Positions 37,393 to 49,499 of a DNA stretch of 64,000 nt are shown piece after piece (position 1 is the first letter of the stretch; every line of letters begins with the position of its first letter). The DNA lies in assembly GCF_006345805.1 (NCBI RefSeq), contig NC_043003.1, positions 21,390,001 through 21,454,000 on the forward strand, given 5' to 3'. This stretch comes from Octopus sinensis. Lineage: Eukaryota. Both the position numbers and the translations under genes were made by a program. The notes under the pieces were generated by a model that did no database searches, had not been told where the DNA came from, and saw nothing but the letters and a program-made list of their open reading frames with translations.

Positions 37393-39510
37393 CATCATCA
37401 TCATCATCATCATTTAACGTCCACTTTCCATGCTGGAATAGATTGGATGGTTTGATTAAAAACTGGTAAGCCAGGGGTCTGCACCAGGTTCTGATCTGAT
37501 TTGGCAAGGTTTCTACAGCTGGATGCCCTTCCTAATGCCAACCACTCTAAGAGTGTAGTGAGTACTTTTTACATGCCACCAGCATGGGCACCATTGACAA
37601 TGGTGTTAGCCACGACTGGTCTCACTTGACTTGACAGGTCTGCACAAACACAGTACATCACCAAAAGTCTTGGTCACCTGTCACTGCCTCTGAAGCCCAA
37701 TGCTCAAATGGTGCTTTTTACATGCCACCAGCATGGGTGCCAGTCAGACACCACTAGGATCAGCCACAACTACAATTTCACTCAGTTCGACAGGTTTTCA
37801 CAAGCGCAGCATATTGCCCAACGATTGAAGGGTGCTTTTAACAGGCCAGTTATGCAACACTGGCATTGGCCACAACTATGATATCACTTAGCTTAACAAT
37901 TCTTCTCAAGCACGGCATATCTCCATTGGTCTCAGTCACTTGTCATTGCCTCTGTGAGGCCCAATATTCAAAGATCATGCTTTACCACTTCGTGCCATGT
38001 CTTCCTGAGTCTACCTCTTCCACAGATTCCCTCCACTGTTAGAGGTGCGACACTTCTTCACACAGTTGTCCTCATCCATATGCATCACATGACCATACCA
38101 ATGCAGTCATTTCTCTTGCACACCATATCTGATGCCCCTTATGCTCAGCTTTTCTCTCAGGATGCTTACACTCTGTTATGCATACACGTTGACATTACAC
38201 ATCCAGTGGAGCATACTAGCTTCATTTCTTACAAGTTTACGCATGTTCTCAGCAGTCACAGCCCATGCTTCACTGCCGTGTAGCATAGCTGTTTGCACAC
38301 AGGCATCATACAGTCTGCCTTTCTCACTGAGCGAGAGACCCTTTGTTACCAGCAGAGGTAGGAGCTCTCTGAATTTTGCCCAGCTTATTCTTATTCTAGC
38401 AGCTATGCTCTCAGAGCATTCACCCACACTTGCTCACTTAAATAATGGAAGCTATCAACTACTTCTAGTTTTCCCCTCTGGCATGTGATTGAATCTATTT
38501 TCTGTACATTTTTGGTGTTTTTGTGCCTGTGCACCTTCCACACACAAAGACTTTCTTCCCTGTTAACTTTCCTCTGATATTGCTGCACCTCTTATGTGTC
38601 CGTACCTTACACCAGGTACATCTTATGGAGTGACTATCTTCCCTGTTAACTTTCCTCTGATATTGCTGCACCTCTTATGTGTCCGTACCTTACACCAGGT
38701 ACATCTTATGGAGTTTCTACCTATGCCTTTTCTACAGATTGAGCAGGGCCATCTACTTGAAGGGACTTATGATTTGTCTGCCTTTCTACTTACTAAGACT
38801 TTGGTTTTTGCTAGTTTAACTCTCAGGCCCTTCAATTCTAGACTATGCTTCCACACCTGAAACTTCTTCTAATTCTGGTAGTGATTCAGCTATAAGAGCA
38901 AGGTCATCGGCATAGAGAAGCTCCCAGGAGCAGCCTGTTTTTAATTCCTCTGTTATCCCCTGAAGGACTATGATGAACAAAAGGGGGCTAAGAACTGATC
39001 CTTGGTAAATCCCTACTTGTACCCTGAATTCTTTGCTATACTCGTCAACCCTCACCTTACTGACAGCATCCCTGTACATGGCTTGTACAGTTCTCGCCAA
39101 CCACTTATATATCCCTAGTTTCTGCATTGATCACCAGATAATGGATCAGGGGACCTTGTCAAAGGCGTTCTCCATGTTAACAAAAGAGGTTTATCTTCGG
39201 CTTGGTATTTCTCCTGCAGAAATATAGCATCAGTGGTGCTTCTCTCTGGTACAAACCTAAACTGCATCTCATCTAAACTCACTTTCTCTATAATTAGTTG
39301 GGCCATGATCCTCTCCATGACTTTCATCACCTGATCCAACAATTTGATACCTCTGTAATTATGTCTAAGGTGTCACCTTTACCTTTGTAGCAGTTGCTAT
39401 GGGGCTACTACACCAGTCATTGGGTACAACTCCTTCATGTATCACCTGATTAACTATACAGGTGACTAGACCATAGCCTACACCACCGGATATTTCTTCA
39501 GTGAAAGAGA
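37393..39510 (-). mobile_element. 5'-truncated, degenerate RTE-clade LINE (RT domain, 3' UTR, (ATG)n tail)
   Basis: Frameshifted pieces encode STTDAIF, QGSVLSPLLFIIVL, LLYADDLALIAES, ARIRISWAKFRELLPLL and MLHGSEAW; ends in a catcatcat tail at about 37393-37412. Confidence 0.9.
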
Positions 39511-39572
39511 TGTTTTTTTTTAATCTATAGATCAGCATGCTAATCTTGTGTTTTACCATTCTCTCATTTCAG

Positions 39573-39725
39573 TGCTTACCACAGACATTTTACGAGCTGC
39601 AAACTCTTCATATAATATTCATTGGTGTCAATGTAGTGATGTGGATATGCCTGTTTCATGCCAGTCGCACTGAGCCTGGTTTCTTGGAAAGGAATGTCCC
39701 GGAATACCACCAAGCTATTAAACAG
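39573..39725 (+). CDS. ZDHHC: DHHC palmitoyltransferase exon (TM2 and DPG-equivalent motif)
   Basis: ctctcatttcAG / GTtaga, 153 nt, phase 0-0. Encodes CLPQTFYELQTLHIIFIGVNVVMWICLFHASRTEPGFLERNVPEYHQAIKQ. Confidence 0.9.
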
Positions 39726-39769
39726 GTTAGATTTCATCATTTTCTCTGTGTGTGTTTGTTGTCTTTATC

Positions 39770-40100
39770 TTTTATCCTTTACTTATTTCAGTTGTTGGAC
39801 TGTGGCCATGCTGGGGTCCTACTTTAAAGGATTTAGTCAATCAACCCTATAACTTAATTTTTTAAGCCTGGTATTTATTCTATCAATATCTTTCGCCAAA
39901 CCGCTAAGTTAGGGGACATAAACACATCAACACTGGTTATCAAACAGTGGGGACTTATTTCAGTTTCCAACTGCCAAATTTACTCACAAGCTTTTGGGGC
40001 TATAGGAGAAGACACTTGCCCGAGGTGCCACACTCTCAGATTGAACCTAAAGCTACATGATTAGAAACCAAACTTCTTAACCTCACAGCCATGCCTGTGC
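39770..40100 (-). mobile_element. SINE family A just downstream of the exon donor
   Basis: Same blocks. Confidence 0.75.
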
Positions 40101-40929
40101 TTTGTTTCTTATCAATTCTGCAGGATTAATTTTAAAAAAAGATAAGATATTGAATGATGTATATCAGATTTGTGTAACAGGAGCAGTGAATAGGTGGTAA
40201 CTGTGAAAGTTGTCAAGATCTGATACAAAGGGAAAAATTTACAGACCTATCCAACCCTTACCAATCAAATTAGATGAATAATGATATAATGAAAATTAAT
40301 TTCATTTCTATTTTTACTTCAAATTCTCTCATCTACTATTTTAATAACATCGTTTCTCATTGAATCATAGCCATAGAATGCAAAAATGGGGTAAAAAAAG
40401 AAAAAAAGCTAGGCAAACCTTCATATCTTTGTCATTTTATATATATTTATAATTCTTATCTTTTCACCCAATTCTTTTGCCTGTCAGGCAAAACTGTTCT
40501 TTTAATCAAGAAGCAAAATGAATGCCACAATGTTATATCAATTATGAAACTTCATTCATCAAGTTTGGTTTTGAATGAGAGAGAGGGAGAGAAGATGTGG
40601 GGGAGAGGAACACCTGAAAGATGTATGAAATATAAGTAGAATTATAAGCATTCATTATTCAATGAAGAAGTGAAGAAGGGTGGAGGAGAAAATCAATAAA
40701 AATTTAGTTTGTTATTTTGATAGTGCATGCTTCATGAATACATGTTCATATACAGAGTTATATATTTTTGTGTCTATTCATGTTTTGCATGAGAATATGC
40801 ATACATATAAAGTCATGCATCTACACATATATATATATTTATATATACATACATACACACAGACTCACATACATGTATATGATACACACACACACACACA
40901 CACATACATGTATATAATACACACACATA

Positions 40930-41500
40930 TTGAGATACCTGGTCCCTTGTTGTACTCAAGAAGACCCATACACTGCAGCAGAAGTGTTGAAGTGTTAAGA
41001 CTGGGCCTTCTGGTGGTGTTAAGCACTTGCAGCAGTGCCATGTAAACATACCCATGCAGTGCCACAAAAAAGCACCCACCACACTCTGTAAAGTGGTTGG
41101 CATTAGGAAGGGCATCCAGCCATAGAAACTATACCAAATCAGATTGGACTCTGGTGCAGCAACTACCCCCACAAGCTTGCTAGCTCTGGTCAAACCATGA
41201 AAACTATGCCAGTGTGGACAATGGACAAAGGTGGTGAGCTGGCAGAAACGTTAGCACGCCAGGCGAAATGCTTAGCAGTATTTCATCTGCCACTACATTT
41301 TGAGTTCAAATTCCGCCAAAGTTGACTTTGCCTTTCATCCTTTCGGGCTCAATTAAATAATTACCAGTTATGCACTGGGTCGATATAATCGACTTAATCT
41401 GTGTGTCTGTCCTTGTTTGTCCCCTCTGTGTGTAGACCCTTGTGGGCAGTAAAGAAATAAGTATGGATAATGGATGTTAAATGATGATGATATATATCTC
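40930..41500 (+). mobile_element. RTE-tail repeat (family C) interrupted by SINE B
   Basis: gttggcattaggaagggcatccagcc ... gttaaatgatgatg resumes after the SINE. Confidence 0.75.
41227..41459 (+). mobile_element. SINE family B nested in an RTE-tail repeat
   Basis: Degenerate TSD agtgtggacaatggac / agtatggataatggat. Confidence 0.85.
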
Positions 41501-41779
41501 ACTATTGACCAGACTATCAGATGTTGTAAAAGACTGCTGGTCACAGTGCAGTTCCTCACATTGTTTTAGTTTCCAAATGATTCCACCCTCCTCTGGCTAA
41601 GTGGGATGGCCAACAGTCCATTGCAGAGCAGGGTTAGCTATTTACAGCTGAGAAGATTTCAACATGAAATGAAATGTTTTGCTGAAGGACACAACACACC
41701 ACCTGCTTGAGAATTGAAACCTTGATGCCATGATCATGAGTACATCACCCTTACCACTAGGCCATGTGTCATCACACAC

Positions 41780-41885
<106 letters not shown>

Positions 41886-42059
41886 TATTATATATATATA
41901 TATATTATATTATATAAAATATATAATACATAATGTGTGTGTGAAGGCCCATGGTTCAGTAGTTAGAGAGTGTCAGGCTCACAATTATGAGGTAATGAGT
42001 TCCATCCTGGATTGGGCTATATATGTATATACATACATACATACATACATATATATGTA

Positions 42060-42125
<66 letters not shown>

Positions 42126-42218
42126 GGGAGAATTTGCAAAAAAGCAGAAGACGAAGACAGGTGGTGTAGACAACAAACAGATGTATTATTTTAGCACTCA
42201 GGTAGTGAAAAAGTCTTT
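42126..42218 (-). mobile_element. 5'-truncated copy of the 28.3-kb family
   Basis: The reverse complement aaagactttttcac...atacatctgtttgttgtctacaccacctgtcttcgtc...aaattctcccta matches 28290-28383; flanked by (TA)n. Confidence 0.7.
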
Positions 42219-42886
42219 ATATATACATATATATACATATGATATAGTTGCAGATATAGCTGTGTCATTAAGACGTAGCAGTCCACTTAACAACATGGTT
42301 TCAAGTTCAACCTCACTATACAGCATCTTGGAAATGTGTCTTCCATTATAGCCTCAAGTGTTGGTCAGTAGGAAAGATGAGGAGGCCCAGAATGTGTGTC
42401 TGCAATGTTTCTGCCTGCTATACCCACTCACAAGGCACTAGTCAGCTTGTAGCTACAGTATTGGACTTTTGCACAAGAAGCCATGCAATGGGACTGAACC
42501 AGAAACCATGTGGTGCCAAGGCTGAAAATTTCTTTTTTACAAAAATCAAATAAAATTAACTTCTAATGAAGTTATTTGTCAATGTAGCATTGTAGTATTC
42601 CAAAACAAAACAAAAAGTACATATCTACACTGTTCCATCTTTTTCAATCACTGGTTGTGTTGCATTGATATGGAGAAGAACAGATTTAATTAGCTAAAAT
42701 GGGATTGCTATCACATGGAGAAATTAATTTGTTGGAGGTAAAAAAATAGAACCGATAATTTTATTTATAACATAGCATTTGTCATTCTATAAAGTTATAA
42801 AGTATATAAACATGCATATGTACATACATACATACATACTTATACTCATATTTTGAGTTTTATTTTTTCCTGTTTACATCGTCATA

Positions 42887-42929
<43 letters not shown>

Positions 42930-42999
42930 TATATATGTTGTGTGTGTGTGTATGTGTGTGTATGTACATATGTGTGTGTATATATATATATATGTATAG

Positions 43000-43350
43000 T
43001 GGAAGTGCAATGACCCAGTGGTTAGGGCAGCAAACTTGCAGTCGCAGGATCACGGTTTCAATTCCCAGACTGGGTGTTGTGATTGTTTATTGAATGAAAA
43101 CACCTAAAGTTCCATGAGGCTCCAACAGTACTCTTTCACCACAGCTTTCTCTTTCTCTTTCTTCCTGTTTCTGTTGTACCTGTATTTTAAAGGGGGTCAG
43201 CCTTGTCACACTCTGTGTCACTCTGAATCTCCCCGAGAACTATGTTAAGGGTACACGTGTCTGTGGAGTGCTCAGCCACTTGCACGTTAATTTCACAAGC
43301 AGGGTGTTCCATTGATCAGATCAACTGGAACCCTTGTCGTCATTACCAAC
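43000..43350 (+). mobile_element. SINE family D variant
   Basis: cccagtggttagggc...ggtttcaattcccagac...aaaacacctaaagttccatgaggctc; tail shared with 62780-63110. Confidence 0.7.
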
Positions 43351-43587
43351 GGACTGCCACGAGATGTATGTATGTATGTATATATTCACATTTTAATATA
43401 TATATGTGTGCATGTGTATATCTATAAATGAATATATGTATAAATGTATATATTCTACAGAGTACTCTCTTGTTTTCTTGTTCATACAATTCTTTGTCGT
43501 ACAGCATACATACATATATGCATACTCTCATACATGCATACACATACATGCATGCATATGTGCACACACTCATATGCTGACATATAT

Positions 43588-43619
<32 letters not shown>

Positions 43620-43696
43620 GATAGATAGATAGATAGATAGATAGATCCATATATATATGCATGCATATATATATAAATATATATATATATGCATAC

Positions 43697-43727
<31 letters not shown>

Positions 43728-43999
43728 TAGATAGATAGATAGATAGAGATAGATAGATAGATATAGATATATGTATAGATAGATAGATAGATCGACAGAC
43801 AGACAGGTAGAAGGAAAATGTACATGAAAAGATAAGTGTGCATGTGTGTTTGAGAGAGAAAGAAAATGGTGGAGAGAATGAGAGAGAAATGGTAAGAACA
43901 ACATTGATGGAAGTAAATTGGTATGGCTGCAGATTCCTGAACAAAGACAATATTTAATCACAACTCAAAGCTGCAGATTATTAGCCTTTCGTTGTCCTC

Positions 44000-44260
44000 A
44001 TCATCATCTTACATCAGTTTTTCCAAGTTTGCATGTCCTGGACAGGTGTCTCAGCACTTGCCATAGCCCCTAATCATCTCCCTCATGAATTACAATTCAG
44101 CCTCTTGAAATCAGCCTTCCTCCATTTATTCCCCTATCTTCCTCTTCCTTCCTCTTCTGCAGGCTCTTTCTACTTGGATCTCTTGGCACTCCTTCACCCA
44201 ACTATCATCCTCCTTTCACACATCAAAACAATCTACTCTCTTGCACATTACATCTAATTC
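44000..44260 (-). mobile_element. Decayed RTE LINE 3' end
   Basis: Minus strand reads ...DDSWVKECQEIQVERACRRGRKRK and ends in a gatgatgatg tail. Confidence 0.55.
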
Positions 44261-45495
44261 CTCTTATTCCAAGTTTTTCTCTCAGTTCATTTGCACCCCA
44301 TCAATATGATTGGATTGGATTGGATTGGATTGTTTCTGTTCATTATACTTCAAGACGAAGGCCTTGGTACATTCTCTCCACCAACCATGGTCTGGTGCGG
44401 GGATCATAAATTTGAGCTTGAGATCAAACTGGTTTGATGAACCTACTCTGTCACACTGGCTCAATATGGCTTGGCTGAGAGATGCAGTTTTTCTCCCTTT
44501 TTTTTTTATACTCTTACCCAGTAGTCAATTGCATTGACACCAGTATTCAACTGGTACTTGTTTTATCAAAAGAATGAAAGGCAAAGTCAATGGAATTTGA
44601 ACTCAGAACATAAGGACAGGCAAAATACCACCAAACATTTCACCCAACATGTTAATGATTCTGCCGGCTCACTGCCTTGCCTCATCAATTATGTACACTA
44701 AAACTACATATTCAGCAAAGCATGTTTGCTTCATTTCTCTCCAGCCATCTCAGTCCTCCACATTCAACATCCATATTTTGTGATTCTCTGTTAAAGGTGT
44801 ATGTTGTGTTTTGAACAAAACTTTTCATTTCGCATTGCTCAAGTTCACTCAGCTAGAAATGAGTTCCATAGCTAGGGAGTCAACCCTACAATGTTCAGGG
44901 GGATGGCTGTGGTCCCAGTCAATTATATGCCATGGAATCTGGATTAAGTTCTGACCAGATGAATCCTAGGGTTCGTGGCAGACCTGTGATAATAAAACAG
45001 TTAATCAGGACTGATCTGAGCTTAAACAATAATCTGGAGGGTAAGGTGGTCTTATTGATTATCAATCTATTCAAGTGACTCTATAAAAAGCTGTTGCCTT
45101 CCTCAATAATATCAGAAAGGAGTGCTTTCAACTATTCCCAGTAACTCTTTTTTCTCTTGCTGGTCCCTTTTGTACAGCAACAACAACAACTTTGTAGAGG
45201 TCATGCTAATGAGGTAGCCCCATGTGGTAGCTTGCCTTGCTTGGAATAGTAGTTAAATTCTCTTTACACTGCTTTCTTCATGAAGGACACATTGAATATA
45301 ATGTAGTGCTCGATACACTTTGAAAATGTAACAAAATAAGAGATAGGATCATTATGACTATGATGTCTATTTGATCAGGACTGACCTGGGGTTAAACAAC
45401 TACAACAACATGAACCTATTTAGGATCAAGGATAGATTCATGGTACCTACATAAATCCATTCAAGTAACACAGTAAGGGCTGATGCCTTCCTTAA

Positions 45496-45718
45496 CCCTT
45501 TTGTTACCAACCCGGCTGAAACTGGCTCTGGCTCTGTAGTACAAATGTCTTGTTTTCATTAAGTTTTGAATTAAAATCTTCCACCAAACCTTAGTCACAA
45601 TTTATGTTCCTAACACTAGCTGAATGATAACTAAGTTATTTTACTAAATTCTTTGTTATATTTATAATTAATGGAAAGAAACACAGAGCATCTCAAAATA
45701 AATACAGTAACGAAAGGG
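45496..45718. mobile_element. piggyBac-type MITE family B, intact copy
   Basis: TTAA|cccttttgttac ... gtaacgaaaggg|TTAA; 12-bp TIR with 1 mismatch. Confidence 0.85.
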
Positions 45719-46519
45719 TTAATGATGTCATAAAGAAATAGCTTCAACTATTCCCAACAGCTCACTCTCTCCATTGTCATTGCTTACATAACACAGCAAC
45801 AACAGCTGTTTTCTGAACCCTTTACTGCAACATTCTGTATTTTTTGCTGCACAGTATCAGTGCATAATTCGAAGCAAGGTGGGTGGGTGGGGTTGGAATA
45901 TTTGTCATCTTTGTGCTTCACATCTGATTCAGAAGTTGTCTTTCAATCCAAGCAACACAAAACAAAACCATCTACAGGAATAGACCACCTATTTCCAGTG
46001 AACCATGTCCACAGCTGTTGATAGAATTTATAATAATCACTACTGCACATATAACGATTCCAGTTCTGTTATTAGTGTTTTAACCCTTTCACAGTTTCCG
46101 CTGTTTTTTGGTAGCACTGCGTAATGGGTGGCTAAACATTTATATATATTTTAAGCATAGCCACAGCTTTATGTGCTTGCTCTTACATACAAGTTCATAG
46201 TTGCTAATGATGCTATGTAATGCATACTAGCTAGCTCTCTCAAGTTCAGTTACATTTCATAATATCCAGTACATACAATATACTGTTAGTAATACATTAT
46301 GTAGCACATACTCACCATCTCTTTCAAGTCCAAACTGCTAAAATACATACAAATATTGTAGGTATTACATTATGCAATAACTGCAGGCATTGTATAGCCA
46401 AATGGCTTACGACTTTGCTTCACAACCAGAAGGTTTGGGGTTTGATTCCATAATGTGACACTTTGGACAAATATCATTTTATATAGCTTTGGGTAAACCC
46501 GTTATGGGTAAAATTTCAT

Positions 46520-46885
46520 ATACATGTATCATACAATCTTCCTTTCATTCAGAGAGAGACCTTTGCTTGCCAACAGAAGTAAAAGCTCTCTAAATTTTCA
46601 CCATCCTATTCTTATTCTAGCAATTCTAGGGATTTTCTGTGCATCCTCCCCCACAGCTAGTTAAGTTCCCTAGGTAACAGAAATTATCCAATACCTCTAA
46701 AGAGCCTCTGGAGCATTTGAGAAAATCAGTTTCTAAATGTCTGTATTTTTTTTTATAGTTTCTGTGCATCTTCAACAAACAAACACTACCTTCTCTGATA
46801 ACCCAATTATTCCACTGAATCACTGTGTCCGTAGCTTGCAATGCATACACCTTATGGAATTCCTGACTACACCTTTCCTACATAT
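46520..46885 (-). mobile_element. Older RTE LINE fragment (post-RT region)
   Basis: Homologous to 38300-38760 (LEVLDNFCYLG; tcttattctagca and gagagacctttg motifs). Confidence 0.7.
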
Positions 46886-47044
46886 CGAGCAGAGCTATTT
46901 ACTTGATGTGGGGTGGGGAAGAAATTTGCTTCCCAACTACATGGTTCCAGGTTCAGTCCCACTGTGTGGCACTTTGGGCAAGTGTCTTCTATTGTGGCTT
47001 TGCGTCAACCAAAGCCTTGATTCTGCCAACTCAAATAATAATAA

Positions 47045-47235
47045 TAATCCCTTCTGTTATAGGCACAAGGCCTGAAATTTTGCTGGAGGGCATTAGTCAA
47101 TTACAGTGACCCCAGCGCTCAACTATAACTTTTTTTTAGCAACCTAGAAAGGATGAAAGGCAAAGTTAACCTCGGCGGAATTCGAACTCAGAATGCTGAG
47201 TATTTTGTCCGGCGCAGTAGCGATTCTGCCAATTT
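47045..47235 (-). mobile_element. SINE family B (alternative tail)
   Basis: aggatgaaaggcaaagttaacctcggcggaattcgaactc. Confidence 0.7.
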
Positions 47236-47613
47236 GCTACAGTAGTAGTAGTAGGAGTAGGAGGAGTAAATAATTAAATAAATTTGTGATATAAATGCAT
47301 TAAAATTAAGGACGCGGTAGTCGCGGAGTGTGCAGAGTTATGATAATGATTTGGAAGACTCTGTATGATCATGGACTGCTACACAATTAGGACATCGAAT
47401 CTTGCCATTGCCAGTGTACTGTAACAAGAAGGAGAGATGCTCTACTTGCTTCATTTACACACACACACACACACACACACCACGTGGAAAGTTAAAAATA
47501 ATGTAGACTCTGTTTTTAAATTGAAAGGAATGATGCAGTTTGGTGGAGAAATTAGGCCAGTATCCCGGGGATACTTACAATTTATTGATGTGTATGTGTA
47601 TATATAGATGCAT

Positions 47614-47644
<31 letters not shown>

Positions 47645-47668
47645 CACGCACAGGCTGATAACCCCCCC

Positions 47669-47701
<33 letters not shown>

Positions 47702-48109
47702 TGAGAAAAAATGAGTTAAGAAAGTACATATTGAAGATGCAAAGCAAGATTTTGTGAGAAGCTATAGGCAGATAGACATTGAGATTCTTGTTCTGCTGGA
47801 GTTTAGCATTATGATGGGTTAATGGTACTTAAGTCTGTGATTAAACATAGCCTTCAAATCCTCACACACACATACTCTCTCTCTCTCTCTTTCTCTTTCT
47901 CTCTTCATTTTTTTTCTCCTTCTCTTACACTTTCTCTCACTTACAACTGTATATAAATTATTGCAAACCTTAATCTATGTCTAAAAATGGAACCAGCAGA
48001 TTTAGCCCAATTATTTACATTATGAAAAAGGAAAAATGAATGGGGTTGGGTAAAAGAGATCCATTTTTTTTTTATTTTTTGACCTTTCATTGAACATGCC
48101 ATTTACTGT

Positions 48110-48325
48110 TGTTATTGATCTTCTTCTCCTTCTTCTTCTTCTTCTTCTTCTTCTTCTTCTTCTTCTTCTTCTTCTTCTTCTTCTCCGTCTTCTCCTTCTT
48201 CTCCTTCTCCTTCTTCTTCTCCTTCTCCTTCTTCTTCTCCTTCTTCTTTTTCATCTTCTTCTTATTCTTCTTCTCCTTCTTCTTCTTCTTCTCCTTCTTC
48301 TTCTCCTTCTCCTTCTTCTTCTTCC
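48110..48325. repeat. (CTT)n/(CTC) microsatellite
   Basis: Seen directly. Confidence 0.95.
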
Positions 48326-48659
48326 TCTGGTGATATTTAGCAAATACAATTTTTTTGATTTTGAATTTTATCTTGCAGTATCAAATTATATTAGTTAGGT
48401 TTATGATGTTTTACAAAAAAAATAATAACGACAAATGGAGCACAATCTCTGATATTGCACTACTTGTCACGGGTTTTGTGTTCATATGTTACACTTGAAA
48501 GCGAATCAAAAATTGTTGCTTCTGACAGAATCATAAATCGAAAAAAATGTTTTCCATTTGCAAAAAAGTGAACGAGTTTTCCTAAAGTGAATGTTTTATT
48601 GTAGATTCTTAATACAAAATATAAATGGATTTAATATCTTTCAGTAATTTCTTCATACA

Positions 48660-48940
48660 GGAACAGGCGTATCCTTGTAGTAAGAAGTTTGCTTCCCAAC
48701 CACATGCTTTCAGGTTCAGTCCCACTGTGTGGCACCTTGAGCAAGTGTCTTCTTATAACCTAGGGTTGAATGGATTTGGTAGACAGAAACTGAAAGAAGC
48801 TCATCATGTGTGTGTGTGTAGTCAAGGTAGTTGTTTATCCTCCATCACCATCTGACAACTGTTGCTGGTGTGTTTACATCCCTGTAACTTAGCAGTTTGG
48901 CAAAAGTTACTTATAGAATAAGTACCAGGCTTATTGACTC
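48660..48940 (+). mobile_element. SINE family A
   Basis: caggttcagtcccactgtgtggcaccttgagcaagtgtc. Confidence 0.7.
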
Positions 48941-49085
48941 TATTATTGTTTAGTGTAACAATTTAAAAATGATAACAGAATCAATAATATAAGTGATTGC
49001 AGGCCCAAAAAAGCATTAAGTAGCTGAAGGAAATAACAGCCAAAAGTCTTATTTATTTAAAAATAATTTTTTTTTAAATATACAA

Positions 49086-49171
49086 TACAGTACTGTTTCT
49101 ACTTTGCGGATTTTCACCTGTCATGGGGGGTTTTGGAACGTAACATCCATAATAGTTGAAGGATTACTGTA
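49086..49171. mobile_element. Tigger-like DNA transposon terminal fragment
   Basis: Ends ggaacgtaacatccataatagttgaaggattactg|TA, resembling Tigger termini. Confidence 0.45.
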
Positions 49172-49499
49172 TTCTTTCACAGTATTGCAAATTTTTTCAC
49201 TACAAATTTCATTCTCACCTGACATTTAACTCTGTTGCTAGCATAACTCTACTGAAATACACTACCTTTGCTTCAATATATTTTGTAAATAACGAAGAAT
49301 TCAATAAAATAACTTTGTCATTGTTAAACTGGTGTTTGGAACATAAGTCAACATGAAACCTAAAGCAAGGAGTTTGTATCATAGAACCTGGTTTCTGATG
49401 GGTTGGTATCAAAAGAATTAAACAACAACATCCACTAGGAAACAAAACTGAAAATGTGAAGCAGCAGGAAAAAGAATTGGAGAATATAAGCAAAAGGTG

